DNA of 64,000 bases from Cenococcum geophilum. Lineage: Eukaryota. A program made the translations under genes and the position numbers. The notes below the pieces were generated by a model. That model saw only the letters and a program-made list of their open reading frames with translations. It was not told where the DNA came from and did not search any database. This document shows positions 13,224 through 26,160 of the stretch, piece by piece (the first letter of the stretch is position 1; every line of letters starts with the position of its first letter). The stretch lies in assembly GCA_050273025.1 (NCBI GenBank), contig CP158635.1, forward strand, positions 18,724,001 through 18,788,000. Direction: 5' to 3'.

Positions 13224-14209
13224 ATGGAGGCCATTGATCAACACCCGAAGATCATTCTCTTTGGCGATTCTCTCACCGAATGGGGATTTTATGAGGAGAA
13301 CCACGGCTTTGGATGGGCCCTCGGGCAATACTACGGAGGCAAAGTTGAAATCCTGAATGAAGGTACGTGTATGCAAGATAGGGATTTGAAACTAAGTGGC
13401 TAAAGCGGGACAGGCCGTGCAGGGTGAGTTCTCTTATGTAGATCATTCCGGGGGTCCAAATTGCCTCTCACGCTCAAGCAGTTTCTCTTCAACGTGGCTC
13501 AAGCCAGACTTTGAGAGGATTGTTCAGAGAGCCAAGGAGCCTTACGCGCCCCCCACACTTCTCTTCACAATCTTCTTAGGCGCCAATGATGCTTGCCTAC
13601 CTCCCGCCGGTGCACATGTTCCACTAAAACGCTATGAAGAGAACTTGCGCAAATTTGTAGAGACCATCTTGACCGAAGAGGCCATGACAGACACCAAAAT
13701 CGTACTCATCACCCCACCACCGATCAACATTCCAGAACCACTGCGCAACTCTATCGATATTGGCCCCGCCGGCGAGGCCAAAGTTGATCTGGAGCCGGAA
13801 AAAAGCACACGAGGTTACCGGACATACATGAGCAAGAAGCAATACGCAGATAAGGTTATGGACATTGCGAAGAGCTATGAGGATGTGACGGACCAAGTGA
13901 TTGGATTAAACTACTGGAAGGCCTTGATTGACACCGCATTAGAGCAAGAAGGGAGACTTGCTGACGAAGATGCATATGATGAGAACAGACTGCCAGGGTG
14001 TGGTTTACCTGCGGCGAAGGAGTTCAAGCAAGGGTATTTCACAGACGGATTGCACCTCGATCACTTAGTAAGATGACCACTCACGACACTGCTTCAAGCT
14101 ACGTGTTCGATTCTAAAGCGGTTTCAATTAGGGCTACGAGGTTCTTACGAAAGGACTAATGGATGCCGTCTTAACAAAGTGGCCTGAGCTGCACAATGAC
14201 CAGGTTTGA
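13224..14209 (+). CDS. SGNH/GDSL hydrolase (IAH1-like esterase), multi-exon
   Basis: KIILFGDSLTEW (block I), IFLGANDA (block III) and TDGLHL (block V). GT-AG introns. Confidence 0.88.
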
Positions 14210-14316
14210 TCCTTCTAGGCTGGGTTTGGTCATCCGAAGCTAGGGTGCGTGTGGCCTGGTTACATAAAGACGTCGTAGTAGGATTGGGTGTCTTGATAGA
14301 TAACCCATTTCCAAGC

Positions 14317-15486
14317 TCAACCTCGATTTAGAGTATTGCCAGAACCTTTAGGGTTATCCTCCTTGAACTCATCCCACGCCCGCGCTTTCACCGTTTCTGC
14401 GTCTGCTTTCTCGAAATTATCTTCATCAGGCTCTGGCCGAATGCCAGATTGCTCACCGCCGCCCCCAATTATTCCCCCTCGCCGTTTTTCCTCTTCTAGA
14501 TACTCGTCAATCGTCATGGTTGGGAGATTATGATCTGGTCTAAAGACCCCTTGCTGTAACCTCTGTCGGCTATCTAGCAGTGTGAATGGCCGCAGAGGTT
14601 TGCCATCACTACTTAAAATAGGCCCTGGCCCACTCAGCCTTGACATTGGGGCATCGAGACGCTCAGAGTACCCGTCGAGGCCCCTGTCATCCCTTTGGCG
14701 AGAGTCCCCTGGATCTTGAGACAGGTCCGGTGGCGGAGCAGGAGGTGCTAGTGCAAGAATCTGCAACTCCTGTGCAATGGACTCGAGAGATTGATATGTT
14801 TGGTGTACACATAGTGTAATGTTAGTTAGTTGAAGCTGCCGCAATGCGGAGTCGTCATTCTCTAATGCAGCGGGATTTCGCCTGAGATACTGGAGAGACT
14901 GGTCTTAGCGCAGAAGGCATCATGAACAGAAAATCACAAACCTCAAGTTTCCGTTTCAACTCCTTTTCTCCCTTGAACCTAGAAATTTTGGTTTCGCGTC
15001 GGGCAGCAGCGTCAGTAGCAGATGCGGTAGAAAATGAATCCCGACTATCTAGATACTTTTCCAATAGTCTCGCATCCGCTTTCGAGAGAATACCATGTAA
15101 GTCCAAAAGCCTAAGAAAACGCTCATAGCTAGCTCTCGCGCGCTGCAGATAGGATTTACGGTCGCCACCGGTGATTTTCAAGATCAGCTCCGCAAGATAA
15201 TAATTGATCGGCATGTACCTGTGGGGGTGAGACTTTCTCTGTCAAAAGATTTTCTTTATCGCAGTACGTACTGCAAGTCTCCGGATGAGACATCATCCAA
15301 TGTTTCATTTAGGCTGAACAGTGAGACCTGATCTGCCACTTTTAGACATTCTTCATAAGTGGCAATAGCAGCGCTGAGGTTCTCTTGGAAGGTGGCGCTG
15401 TTAGAATTCCACGATAATTCTATTTCTTGACGTTTTGCTTCAGCTTCAGTGAACAGGCCACGGAGTGTCTTGGGTTGTTCCTCCAT
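14317..15486 (-). CDS. TAP42: PP2A-associated protein Tap42/alpha4 (IGBP1)
   Basis: SLFSLNETLDDVSSGDLQY, ARRETKISRFK, GVFRPDHNLPTMTIDEYLEEE and the conserved C-terminus KARAWDEFKEDNPKGSGNTLNRG. Three exons. Confidence 0.93.
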
Positions 15487-15859
15487 AGTTAAAGAAATAT
15501 GTCTTGTTATTGATGTTTGCTTGCTTGGGTTGCAGTTTCCACAGAAGCAAAACCACTGGGCAGAAATCAGTCGTCACGTGCATGCATGGACCATGCCCGC
15601 TTGTGTTCTCAGAATTGGCAACAAGCTGCCGTGTTTCTTCCCTTCAGGTTACACGTCAACAAACTCAGATCGTGTCGTGCGGAACACTACAATGTCTGTA
15701 GGCGACCAGCAGTGAATTTGTGCCTGGATCTAGCTACTTAGGCTTCATGTCCGACAATTTCGTTTTGCTTGCCCTCTCAGCTCACAGCAAACTAACCTGA
15801 CTCCAGCTTTTCTGTGCTTTAAAAGGAGCTACTTGACCAAGACTAATTTGTGCGGTGAT
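15487..15859. promoter_or_regulatory. Probable bidirectional promoter between TAP42 and DCL1
   Basis: Head-to-head start codons ~370 bp apart. Inferred from geometry only. Confidence 0.5.
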
Positions 15860-18800
15860 ATGGTGGTCATACTTTTCGATGGTGATGATGAGCCCGAGGA
15901 TTCACAAAGTGTTGACGTACCTGATCAAGATCTCAACGATTCTGACATAGATGCTGATGATTCCCATCAACACGGTCCACGTACATCGTTAGAAAAGCGC
16001 AAGGCGCAAAATGCAATTTTCAAAGCGTGGGCTAGCAAAAAGGCCGAAGAGATAACTGCCAAAGAGGTCAAAGATGCCATCCAACGTGCCGACGATGAGA
16101 CCTTATCCATCAGTGACATCCTAGCAAAACAAGAGTCCAGCGCAAGGATCACGAACCCTAGAGATTACCAAAACGAGCTCTTCCAGAAAGCTAAGGAAGA
16201 AAATATCATCGCCGTACTGGATACGGGCTCAGGCAAAACCCACATAGCTACGTTATTACTCCGCCACTTCATCGACGAGGAATTAGAGCGACGAGCCGCG
16301 GAAGCACCTCCCAAGATTTCTTTCTTTCTTGTACGCACATTCTACCGTTCCTCTGAGCCTAACTAATGCTATCCTAGGTTGACTCTGTGAACCTCGTCTT
16401 CCAGCAAGCAAACGTTCTGCGCTGTGGCCTCGATCATGACGTCGAGGGAATATGCGGCGCCATGGGTGCCCAGCTATGGTCGAAGAGGGCTTGGGATAAG
16501 CGTTTTACTAATAACATGGTTATCGTCTGCACTGCTGAAGTTCTAGTTCAATGCCTCATGCATTCATTTATCAATATTCATCAGATCAATCTTCTAATCT
16601 TCGACGAAGCACATCATGCGAAGAAAAATCACTCCTATGCAAGGTTGGTGGTACACCTCGCTATCTTATTTATATACTGATTCTGTGACTCAATTTCCAA
16701 GAATAATCAAAGATTTCTATCTTGTCCAGACCGATCCATCGAAGCGACCCAGGATATTTGGGATGACGGCCTCACCAGTAGATGCTAAAGTAGATATCCA
16801 GCAGGCTGCTAGGTATAAGGGCCTAGAAATGGAATGACCCTTTGCTAATGATACTCAGGGAGCTAGAGAAACTGCTTCATTGCAAGATTGCAACAACATC
16901 CGACCTAAGTCTCATCAGGAATAACATCAATCGGCCCTCCGAAGATGTTGTCGAATACGATCGACTGCCTACCCCATTCGAAACTCTCTTACATCAAGAG
17001 CTTAAAGCCAGATTCGGAGATATCAGTCCATTTGAGAAGCTGTTTCAAGAATCTAAAAAAATCAGCGCTGAACTTGGCCGTTGGGCGTCTGATATGTTCT
17101 GGTCCTTTTCTCTTGCAGAAGAACAGGCACGCAAGATCGAGATGAGAGAAGAGCGAAAATTTCATGCCCAAAAGGAGGGAAACCCAATAGCAAAGCTTGA
17201 TGCCCAAATAGCTCGTTTACGCGAGGCTGCGCAAGTCATCAAAGACTACAGCTTTAGCACCCCAGAAGCTAACTCTCGCGACTTAAGTTCAAAAGTCCTC
17301 GTCCTTCATAAATGGTTACAACTTTACTTCTCTAGACAGTCCGATGCGCGATGTATCGTGTTTGTTGAAAGAAGATCCACCGCCCGGTTGCTCCATCTCA
17401 TCTTCGGTTATCTTGGCGGAGCCCATCTGAAAAGCGGAGTCCTCATGGGGGTAAATTCCTCAGTTGGAGATCTCACCATCACTTTGCGAAAACAAGTGCT
17501 GGCAGTGGCAAGCTTCAGAAAAGGAGATCTTAATTGCATCTTTGCTACTTCCGTAGCAGAAGAAGGTTTGGATATCCCACAATGCAATCTCATTGTTCGC
17601 TTTGATCTATACAGAACTATGATATCATATGTTCAATCAAGGGGCCGGGCACGGCACAGAAACTCGAAATACCTACACATGGTCGAGAAGGGCAACCCCA
17701 TGCATACTCAGGCGGTACTTGAAGCTCGAAGATCCGAAAAGCTCATGCGCCAATTCTGCCAATCTCTGCCGGCTGACCGCCTGCTGCTTGGGAACGACGT
17801 TGATTTTGAGAACGACATGGTCAAAGAACGTGGTTTTCGTACATTTACTGATCCATCAACCGGGGCAAAGCTAACATATAGCTCGAGCTTAGCCGTCCTT
17901 GCTCATTTTATATCATCTCTGCCGCAAGGCAACGAGGTTCCTTTACAACCAAATTACATCATGTCAATCGAAGCCGGGAAGTTCGTCTGCGAAGTCATAC
18001 TCCCGGATAACTCACCCATCAATTCCGCCATAGGCCGGCCGGCTTCAAAGAAATCAGTTGCCAAATGCTCAGCGGCTTTTGAGGCATGCATCCTACTCCG
18101 CAAGGGAAAATACCTTGACGGCAACTTATTACCAATCTACACAAAGCAGCTACCTGTCATGAGAAATGCCATTCTCGCACTTGACATGAAGAAGAAGAAT
18201 TTCTACCGTATGCGAATCAAGCCCAGTGTGTGGGCGTACGGTCGAGGTGATCTTCCTGTCACTCTATACCTCACAATATTAGATGTTACAAATGGTTTGG
18301 AGCGACCATATCAGCCGATGGGTTTGCTTACTAGAGTTCCTTTGCCGCAGATGCCTCGATTCCCGGTTTACCTCAGGGAAGGAAAGGTCACGGAGGTGAA
18401 GTCCATGTCCTTTGGATCTGGGTTCGACGTTTCTGGAGACATGATCGAGCACCTAACGACATTGACCTTAAGAGCCTACAAAGACATATTCGCGAAAACG
18501 TACGAACACGATCCAACCAAGTTGTCTTACTGGTTTGCACCATTGAGAGATCCGAAAACGGTAGTGATGGAAGGTTACGAAAGTCCCGCTGATTTTATCA
18601 ATTGGAGTGTCGTGCAAGACGTTTTCGAAACTGAGGAATACAAATGGACTCCTGACATGAAACATGAGTATTTGAGATACCGTTTTCTTGTTGACAAATG
18701 GGATGGTGGTCGGCGTTTCTTCTCTGTCGAAGTTGCGCCAGATATGAAGGCTATGGATCCTCTACCTGCGCACTCAGAGAAGTACAAGAAATTCAATGAT

Positions 18801-20724
18801 AGCATTCTCGACTACTCTGTCAGTCTATGGAATAAATCTCGAAAGAATTACTCCTGGGACCTCTCGCAGCCGGTCGTAGAGGCTGAGCGAGTTCCGTTTA
18901 GGCGAAATCTATTGGCTCCAGCGGAAGAAAAAGAGCATGATGGTAAAATCAGGTGCTTCGTGTGTCCGGAGCCTCTCAGAATTTCTGCTGTAAGTCAACT
19001 CTGAGATGCTGTAGCAAAATACTTATTGTTTTATAGCTTCCAGCCCCATTCGTAGCAATGTGTTACGTCTTTCCTGCCATTATTCACCGTTTCGACTCAT
19101 ATCTCATTGCCGTGGAAACATGTGATCTTCTTGGTCTCAATATTGGACCGGGATTAGCGCTAGAAGCCCTTACTAAAGATTCTGACAATAGTGATGAAAA
19201 TGGAGAGGAGAAGATAAACTTCAGAAGCGGGATGGGTCCAAACTACGAACGCCTTGAATTTATGGGCGACTGCTTTCTCAAGATGGCTACATCGATATCA
19301 ACATTCGTCCAGAACCCGGACGATAACGAATTCGAGTTCCACGTGAAGCGAATGTGCCTTCTGTGCAATAAGAACCTCTTCGAAACAGCGATTAACTTGA
19401 AGCTCTACGAGTATATTCGTAGCATGGCTTTTTCTCGGCGAGTTTACCCGCATTTATATCCAGACATTGCTAATAGAATTCAGGCGAACGTGGTACCCTG
19501 AAGGTCTCAAAATGCTTGAAGGAAAGGGATCTAAGAAGACAGGTGAAGAAGTCATCAAACACTCCCTTGGAGACAAATCCATGGCCGACGTCTGCGAAGC
19601 CTTCATCGGTGCGGCCTTCATGGAGCATAATGAATTAGGCGAATACGATCCCAAGAAATGGGACCAAGCTGTCAAAGCCGTAAAAATTATGGTGTCCAGC
19701 GATGATCACACCATGGAGACATGGGCAGACTACCTCAAAGCCTACAGCAAACCGAAGTATCAAGTGGCGGAAGCTACGGCTTCGCAACTTGACCTTGCCG
19801 CGCAAATCGAAAAAAAGCACCATTATCATTTCCGTTACCCTAGACTACTACGATCGGCCTTTATCCATCCATCTCAGTCATTCATGTGGGAGAAAATTCC
19901 TCACTACCAGCGCCTTGAATTCCTTGGTGATTCATTACTAGACATGGTCTTTGTGATGCATCTCTTCTACCGTTATCCCAATAAGGATCCCCAGTGGCTT
20001 ACGGAACATAAGATGCCAATGGTATCTAATAAATTCCTCGGTGCATTGTGTGTTAAGCTGAATTTTCACGGACATCTTCGGCACAACAACGCAGTTCTGC
20101 AGCACCAAATACAAGAGTATGTGACGGGGGTGCAAGAAGCTGAGATTGAAGCAAACGGTTCTGCTGACTACTGGACCACGGTCAGCGAACCTCCCAAGGT
20201 AAGAATCAATACCTTGTTCTATCATAACATATACTTATATAGTATAGTGCTTAGCAGATATCGTGGAGTCATATGTTGGAGCCATATTCGTAGACTCGGA
20301 CTTTGACTTCAATGAGGTTCAGCGCTTCTTTGATCAGCACATAAAAGTTTTTTTCGAGGACATGTCTATCTATGACGCCTTTGCAAACAACCATCCTATA
20401 ACTCGCCTTACCAAGCTTCTCAACATCAATCTCGGATGCTGCGACTGGCGAATAGCCACCCGTCTCTGCGAGTCTACGATCCCTGGTGCCCGCCCTACGG
20501 CCCTTGCTATGGTGCTCATTCATTGGAACGTTATTGCGGACGGTAGTGCCATTTCCGGAAGATATGCGAGAATCAAAGCAAGCAACACTGCTTTAGACCT
20601 CCTTGAAGGACTCCCCCAGTACGAATTCCGTCGTCGCTTCGGCTGTGACTGCGTTGATGAGGAACTCGAGAATACGGGGGATGGGGGGGGAATCGGGGAA
20701 GCAATCGGTGGTTTGGTGATTTAA
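15860..20724 (+). CDS. DCL1: Dicer-like protein 1 (helicase, Dicer dimerisation domain, RNase IIIa/b, C-terminal dsRBD with Zn motif)
   Basis: [85 protein letters not shown]-terminal C...H...CDC typical of fungal Dcl1/Dcr1. Start codon uncertain. Confidence 0.95.
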
Positions 20725-21601
20725 CACTTGTGGAAAATATTCTACACTTGCTGTCTTGCCTCGTGCTGACCATCGTTAGTCTCCTGAGGAAAATGTGAAG
20801 TCGGGATCAGCTACATATTTTAGCCTATATCTATAGTTTTATTCTACGGATGAACTGCGCTGAGCACAAGGGTTACCTTACGATTATTATTTTCAGTACA
20901 CGTCATTACTTCATTTATGACTAGATATTAGGATAGAATATCATTTCCTGGGATTATTCAAATCACGACTGCGTTTTGTATTCGTCATTCATCTAATGCA
21001 ACCTCGTGAGCAACTTAATAAGTTTACATAACATGCTCCTATGAAAAACCACCGCGTTCTCAACTCCTTGAGATGAACACTGGTGAGGTCCCTCCACAGT
21101 AAGAAGTAAAAATAGAAATATCGCATAAAAACGATACTAAGCCAACTCCGATGGTACGGCACGGTCCTGAAACGACTAGGGATCTGGCGTTGAAGTGATT
21201 AACGGAGACATGACGAGCATGCAATTTCTGATCTACATGGCCTGTGGATGATACACCAACAGTAGACTTAAAGCATCCTGCTGATGGCTACCGGAGCCTA
21301 TACTAATTTCGATCAGTATTGTTTCATGATTGAATTGATCCCATGCGCCGCCATCAAGTTGTACACCCGATTTTTAATAACTTAGTTAACTCGTTCAGAG
21401 ACTCGACCAAGACTCATAGAATGACATAAGAAATGAATCAATTAGCTACTCGTGCATATGTCTTACCTAAGGCTCATCGAATCAAAACGTACCTTTTGAG
21501 TACCTAGGTAAAATCTTTGCTTCAATTTGGAGAACGATGCGACTCTAGAAGAGGTCAAAGCCCAGAAGTAATGGTCACCGTTGGCGATAAACAAAGGCAC
21601 T

Positions 21602-24548
21602 TTATTCTTCCTCGTCATCCCAATCTCGATCGATTGCTCCCAAAAGCATCTTCCAGACGTTTCCATCCCAAGGAGTTGTATCAACAATGTCCCTATAATC
21701 AAGTTAGAGATATTAGAAGGATATATCGCACACTTGGCATTGTGAATGGAATTGCCTCGAATACCACGTACATTGGGAGATGTAAGTCTGAGTCCAGTTT
21801 TTGAAGTCGCTCCATTCCTCTCTCGTCATTACCAAAACGGATGAACTGGATTCCCACTTGTGTATCAAGAAGACCGAGCTCTTCGAGTTTGTTAACGAAT
21901 ATCCTGATGGGCTCATCGACTCCACCAAGAGGTCGTGATCCACCCTGCCAGACACCATCCGTAAACACGTAAATACAAATGGAACGCCCCTTGGAAGACC
22001 AATGCCGCAGATCTATGCCCATAAAGTGCCTATGACGGTTTGATTCTAGAGCTCTAGGAAGCTCTGCTCGGTAAGGTTCGAGGATTTTCCCAAGACGTGA
22101 TTTCATGTCACATTGACCCGCAGGTTTTCTCCTCTGTACCTTTTCTAGAAGATGGCGTGTACGTCTCGAATGATGGGTTTCCAGGGAATTGGTGAAGTGC
22201 AGGTCAATCCCATCTGGGTCCACGTGTTTAACCAGGTATGACAACGCGCCAAAAGTCTTCGTCACTTTAGACCAGTAAGGACCCATAGATTTGGAGTCGT
22301 CAATTAGAAATACCTAGCCGAATGTAAGCACCATTTCAACAGCCTTATAAACTTTGCTTACATGATCACGGTTTCCCAGTCGATCAAGATATTCTTTGCC
22401 TGTCAAATCCTTGGTACCAGAGCCCAACTTTACTCTATTTTTCCATTCAAGAACTTCTTCAACTGACAATATGGGCTCCTTCTTTTGATAAGGATTGTGG
22501 ACAGGTGTCTGGCCAGTTGAAGTAGCACTTGGGGGAGTGTAGGGAGATATATATGGAGGAGTAGGGGGGGATCTATGTGGGGGACGAGGAGGAGAGGGAG
22601 GGGATCTATCTGGAGGAGATCTACCTGGAGGGGGGCCATAGTTATCTTTCGGCGGTATACCTGTCCTCAAAAAAACATCTAGCTCAGCGAAATCGACCAG
22701 AGGATCATTTATCTTCCCACCGGATTCGTCCGAGTAAAGTGAGTCTACAAAAACCCGCCCAGATCCAAGCGAGGAAGATGGTGTTGTATTATTTGGAGAA
22801 GTACCGGATTCTGACGTCGTTCCTTGGGGGCTCTCATATGATTCCGGCGTTTGTTGTAATGGAGTGCGCGGTGCTAGGACTGGAGGCGAGAAGATCCGGA
22901 AGACTTTAGGGTACTCTTGCTCTCTCGCATTGATCAGAATACTCCGTGAGCAACTTTCCACCTGAAGAATGTTAAATCGAGATTTGATATTTCCCAACAT
23001 GCCCTCTATTAGTGTGACAACGTGCTCTGTAATGTGGTCCTCATCGAGTCGTCGATTCTTGGCCTCTTTGTGCATTTTCGACACAGCTGGAAGTATTTTG
23101 GTACCATCATGAAAACAGCCGTTGTATTCAGTTTTGTTGAAGTTCGTGATTCGACCTGTCTCTACTCTGCGTAATTCGCGATATTGCTTAACGCCGGACA
23201 CACCTAAAAGAGTCCACACAATAGCTTCGCTAAAAATGCAGCCAAGTGACCAAATGTCGATAAGTGGTTCAAAATCATATGTGAGGGTTTCCGTGGACAC
23301 CCCCATGCAACACTCAGGTGCACCTCTTGAGTTTCAGCAATGAGGCTTGTTTTCGGGAAATGGAATCTCTTACTATACATGGGATTGCCAAATGTTTCTT
23401 TGCGTTTCGGATTTCTTTTATCGCCAGTTTTACTTGCGAAGTGGCTCATTCCCAAATCAGCAAGCTTGAAATTGCGATCATATTTTGACGAAGTGGCCCC
23501 ACTAGTCACTAGGATGTTCGAAGGCTTAATGTTCTGATGTGACCTAACATCCTTTAACCGTTTCGATCTTTCGCCCAATAGAGGGAATTTATGTACATAC
23601 CCTTCTAATTCGTGTATCCTTTTGATAGGTTCGACCACCTTGAACAAACTGCTCCAGAACTGTAAAATGTCTTCTTCGCTTGAAGGCGGCGTTATACTCT
23701 CAAAGTAATCCATCAGATTACCGCTGTCGGCATGCTCCAGTAGGATGTTGTATGTTCTACCATGTCGGTAGGCTCCAAAGAGGGAAATGATGTGAGGCTC
23801 ATGCTTTACCGGTAGCATCATCTGATTGAAAGCCTCTACTTCATTCTGGTAGTACTTTTCAGCATCCTTGGCGAAGTATGTCTTAAGGACGAACGTCTTC
23901 GGCCTTGACCAACCATTCGAGTCCTGAAATGTTGGAGGATTGTTAGCACTGACCGCACGTACTTTTTCAAGTCAAGGACGGAAATTTCCTTACCAGATGT
24001 ATTAAAGTGTTGTAATTTTCAAGCACTTTGACCTTATAAATGACTGCACTTCTTCCCTTTCTCATCTGTATTTTTTCAACAATTGGCAGAATATGATCTT
24101 CTTCAAAGCAGACATTCCATAAATTTTCCCTTACGAACTTCTGGGGGCAAAACTGCCATTGTGCGCTGTAGAATGCCGGGTAGAATTCTTCGATAGGGGG
24201 AGGCCAGTTATGAGGAGGGTGGGTAGGAGACAGGAAAGGTAAGTGTCTGTCGTCGAGACCAGGATATCGAATAAACTGTGTTATATACTCTGCTTTTCCG
24301 ATGAATACGAGGATCGAAAAAACACGGAGGTAGTTCTTCTGGCGGATTTCGTTTCCTAGATTTGGCTGAGATAAGAGTTTAAATATTTTCCCCATCTGAT
24401 TAGCATTAAAATAGTCTTGAAGCGCATAGAATTGTATGAATTTTGCTTCGGAGGAGGAACTATTACTGCCGCAAACTTGTTTCGCTTTGATATATATCTG
24501 AAAAGCTTCGATACATTCTGCGTAACCAGGCTGCTGCGATGTAGCCAT
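21602..24548 (-). CDS. Protein-kinase-fold (probable pseudokinase) - Pro-rich linker - vWA domain fusion
   Basis: Spliced by eye. N-terminal YLRVFSIL..LDDRHLPF..QWQFCP region; kinase motifs GRSAVIYKV, FVLK, NEV, HQNIKPSNILV, KLADLG, SAPE, DIWSLGCIFSE; PPxRSPP linker; vWA MIDAS FLIDDSKSM plus VFTDG, GIQFIRFG and DIVDTTPWDGNVWKMLLGAID. Stop at 21602. Confidence 0.85.
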
Positions 24549-26160
24549 CACGAGTGGCGCGCAACGTATGGAAATCGAGGAAAGATAGTATAGCAATATA
24601 AGTTGCGGGAATGGACACCCTCATTGACGTAGAAGTTTTGAAGAAGTGTGTTTTTGAAACCTAGCGGAGAGCAAGGTCTTTTGCGGATGAAAAGGTGACA
24701 AGGCTAAGGAAGACAAGCAATGAGGGGCGGTAGTGCCATAACCTCCGCTGCAGCAGTGCCGAGTCGTTTGTCAGCCTAGCAGGTGATCATCTGCTGCTGC
24801 AAATATCCCATATGCCAGAGCGCCGTGACGTGTACGTCTAGCTGCATTCACCGGGATCTAGGAAGAACGCATAAGTTGTTTTCATAGCCGTTGGACCGCT
24901 AGGAGCACTTTCAGATGCTCGAAAGAAATTCAAGAACGGGAATGGTAGACTCGTTAAAAAAAAAACCTTGACAAAATAAAGAAATTTGTAGCACGTTATT
25001 CGGATCCTATTCTGGAGTCTTCAAAATCCGGTTAGGGATGCCTCGCAAATAGAAACCTCAATGAAACTAGATTCGACTGCGATCACTGTGACTGGTTACT
25101 AATTTTTTTTTCCTTGGCTTCGCTACCGTAGCCTGACTTAGTTACTATGAGTTAACCTCCGAGGACACTCACCGAAGACACTCACCGACGTAATACGTCA
25201 GTGGCAGAGTCCATGTTTTTCTAGAGTAGACTAAAGACATGCTGAACCTACAAAACTTCGCCTGCTAGGCCTCGCGTGGACGCCATTTCATTGAGACCGC
25301 TGCGGCACGAAGGATGCATTTAAAGGCGTTTTACCTGACTGCGTACGTACAAGGAAAAGGAGAGACGTTGGATTTGCCTTTGTATGCTCGAACTGACCAT
25401 GACATGACAGCCCCGTCCCTGCAATAGCTCACAGCCTGTTCCATATTGCGTTAAATACTGTCTCGCTACTGTCTCGCTACCAGCGCCAAGTTGTGTTAGC
25501 CTCGACGATTCCGCCACTTAAGCCACAGGGTTCAAAAACAGCCATTCAATTACCATATAAACTCTAGACAGGCTTTTGAAGGATTTTAGAGGGGGTATAC
25601 AGCAGAAATAACTAATTGACGTGTACCGTTATCGGGACTACGTACACGTTGGGTCTGGTGAGCGTCTTTAAATATTCTTAGAAACTTGTCTAAAATACTG
25701 TACATGTTTCGTAGCAATGCTTAATCGAAATCTCATATTAGAAGCAAGCCAGCATTGCCCAATAGAGATCATCGTAACCATATGCCCGGCTTTCGAGAAT
25801 TATATCTTTCGGAAGGACTTCAGCTCCTGATGCGCCCTTTGCAAGCCCTGAACCAGAATAAGGGGCCCGAATCTCCTGGTTGTTTCCGTCATAAAATGTG
25901 CAATGATGCACGAAAATCCAAGTTACCTCTAGTTCCTTTCCTACATATATATCATCAGAATTCTCCTTCCTCAACCTGCCTTCTTGCGCCTCTTAGAAAT
26001 CCGTGCAGCTCGACCAGTCCGGGTCTGCAACATCACAAAGCGTCGTATCTAGAGGCCTGTCTCAGCATAGGCAGAGATCTGCAGCGTTGTGATCTCCGAT
26101 CTCAACTATATTAGTGGGATAAGAATGTGGAGCTCAGACGAATACCCTAAAAAGCAGCGA

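Noticed and set aside
25174..25485. Small tandem duplications (gacactcaccga x2; tactgtctcgc x2)
   Set aside because: Two-copy micro-duplications. They could be excision footprints but are indistinguishable from slippage.
25738..26114. Possible third gene between the CorA-like and kinase-vWA genes
   Set aside because: Only short frames with non-ATG starts and an upstream in-frame stop, with no domain recognised. Could be a relic but cannot be supported.
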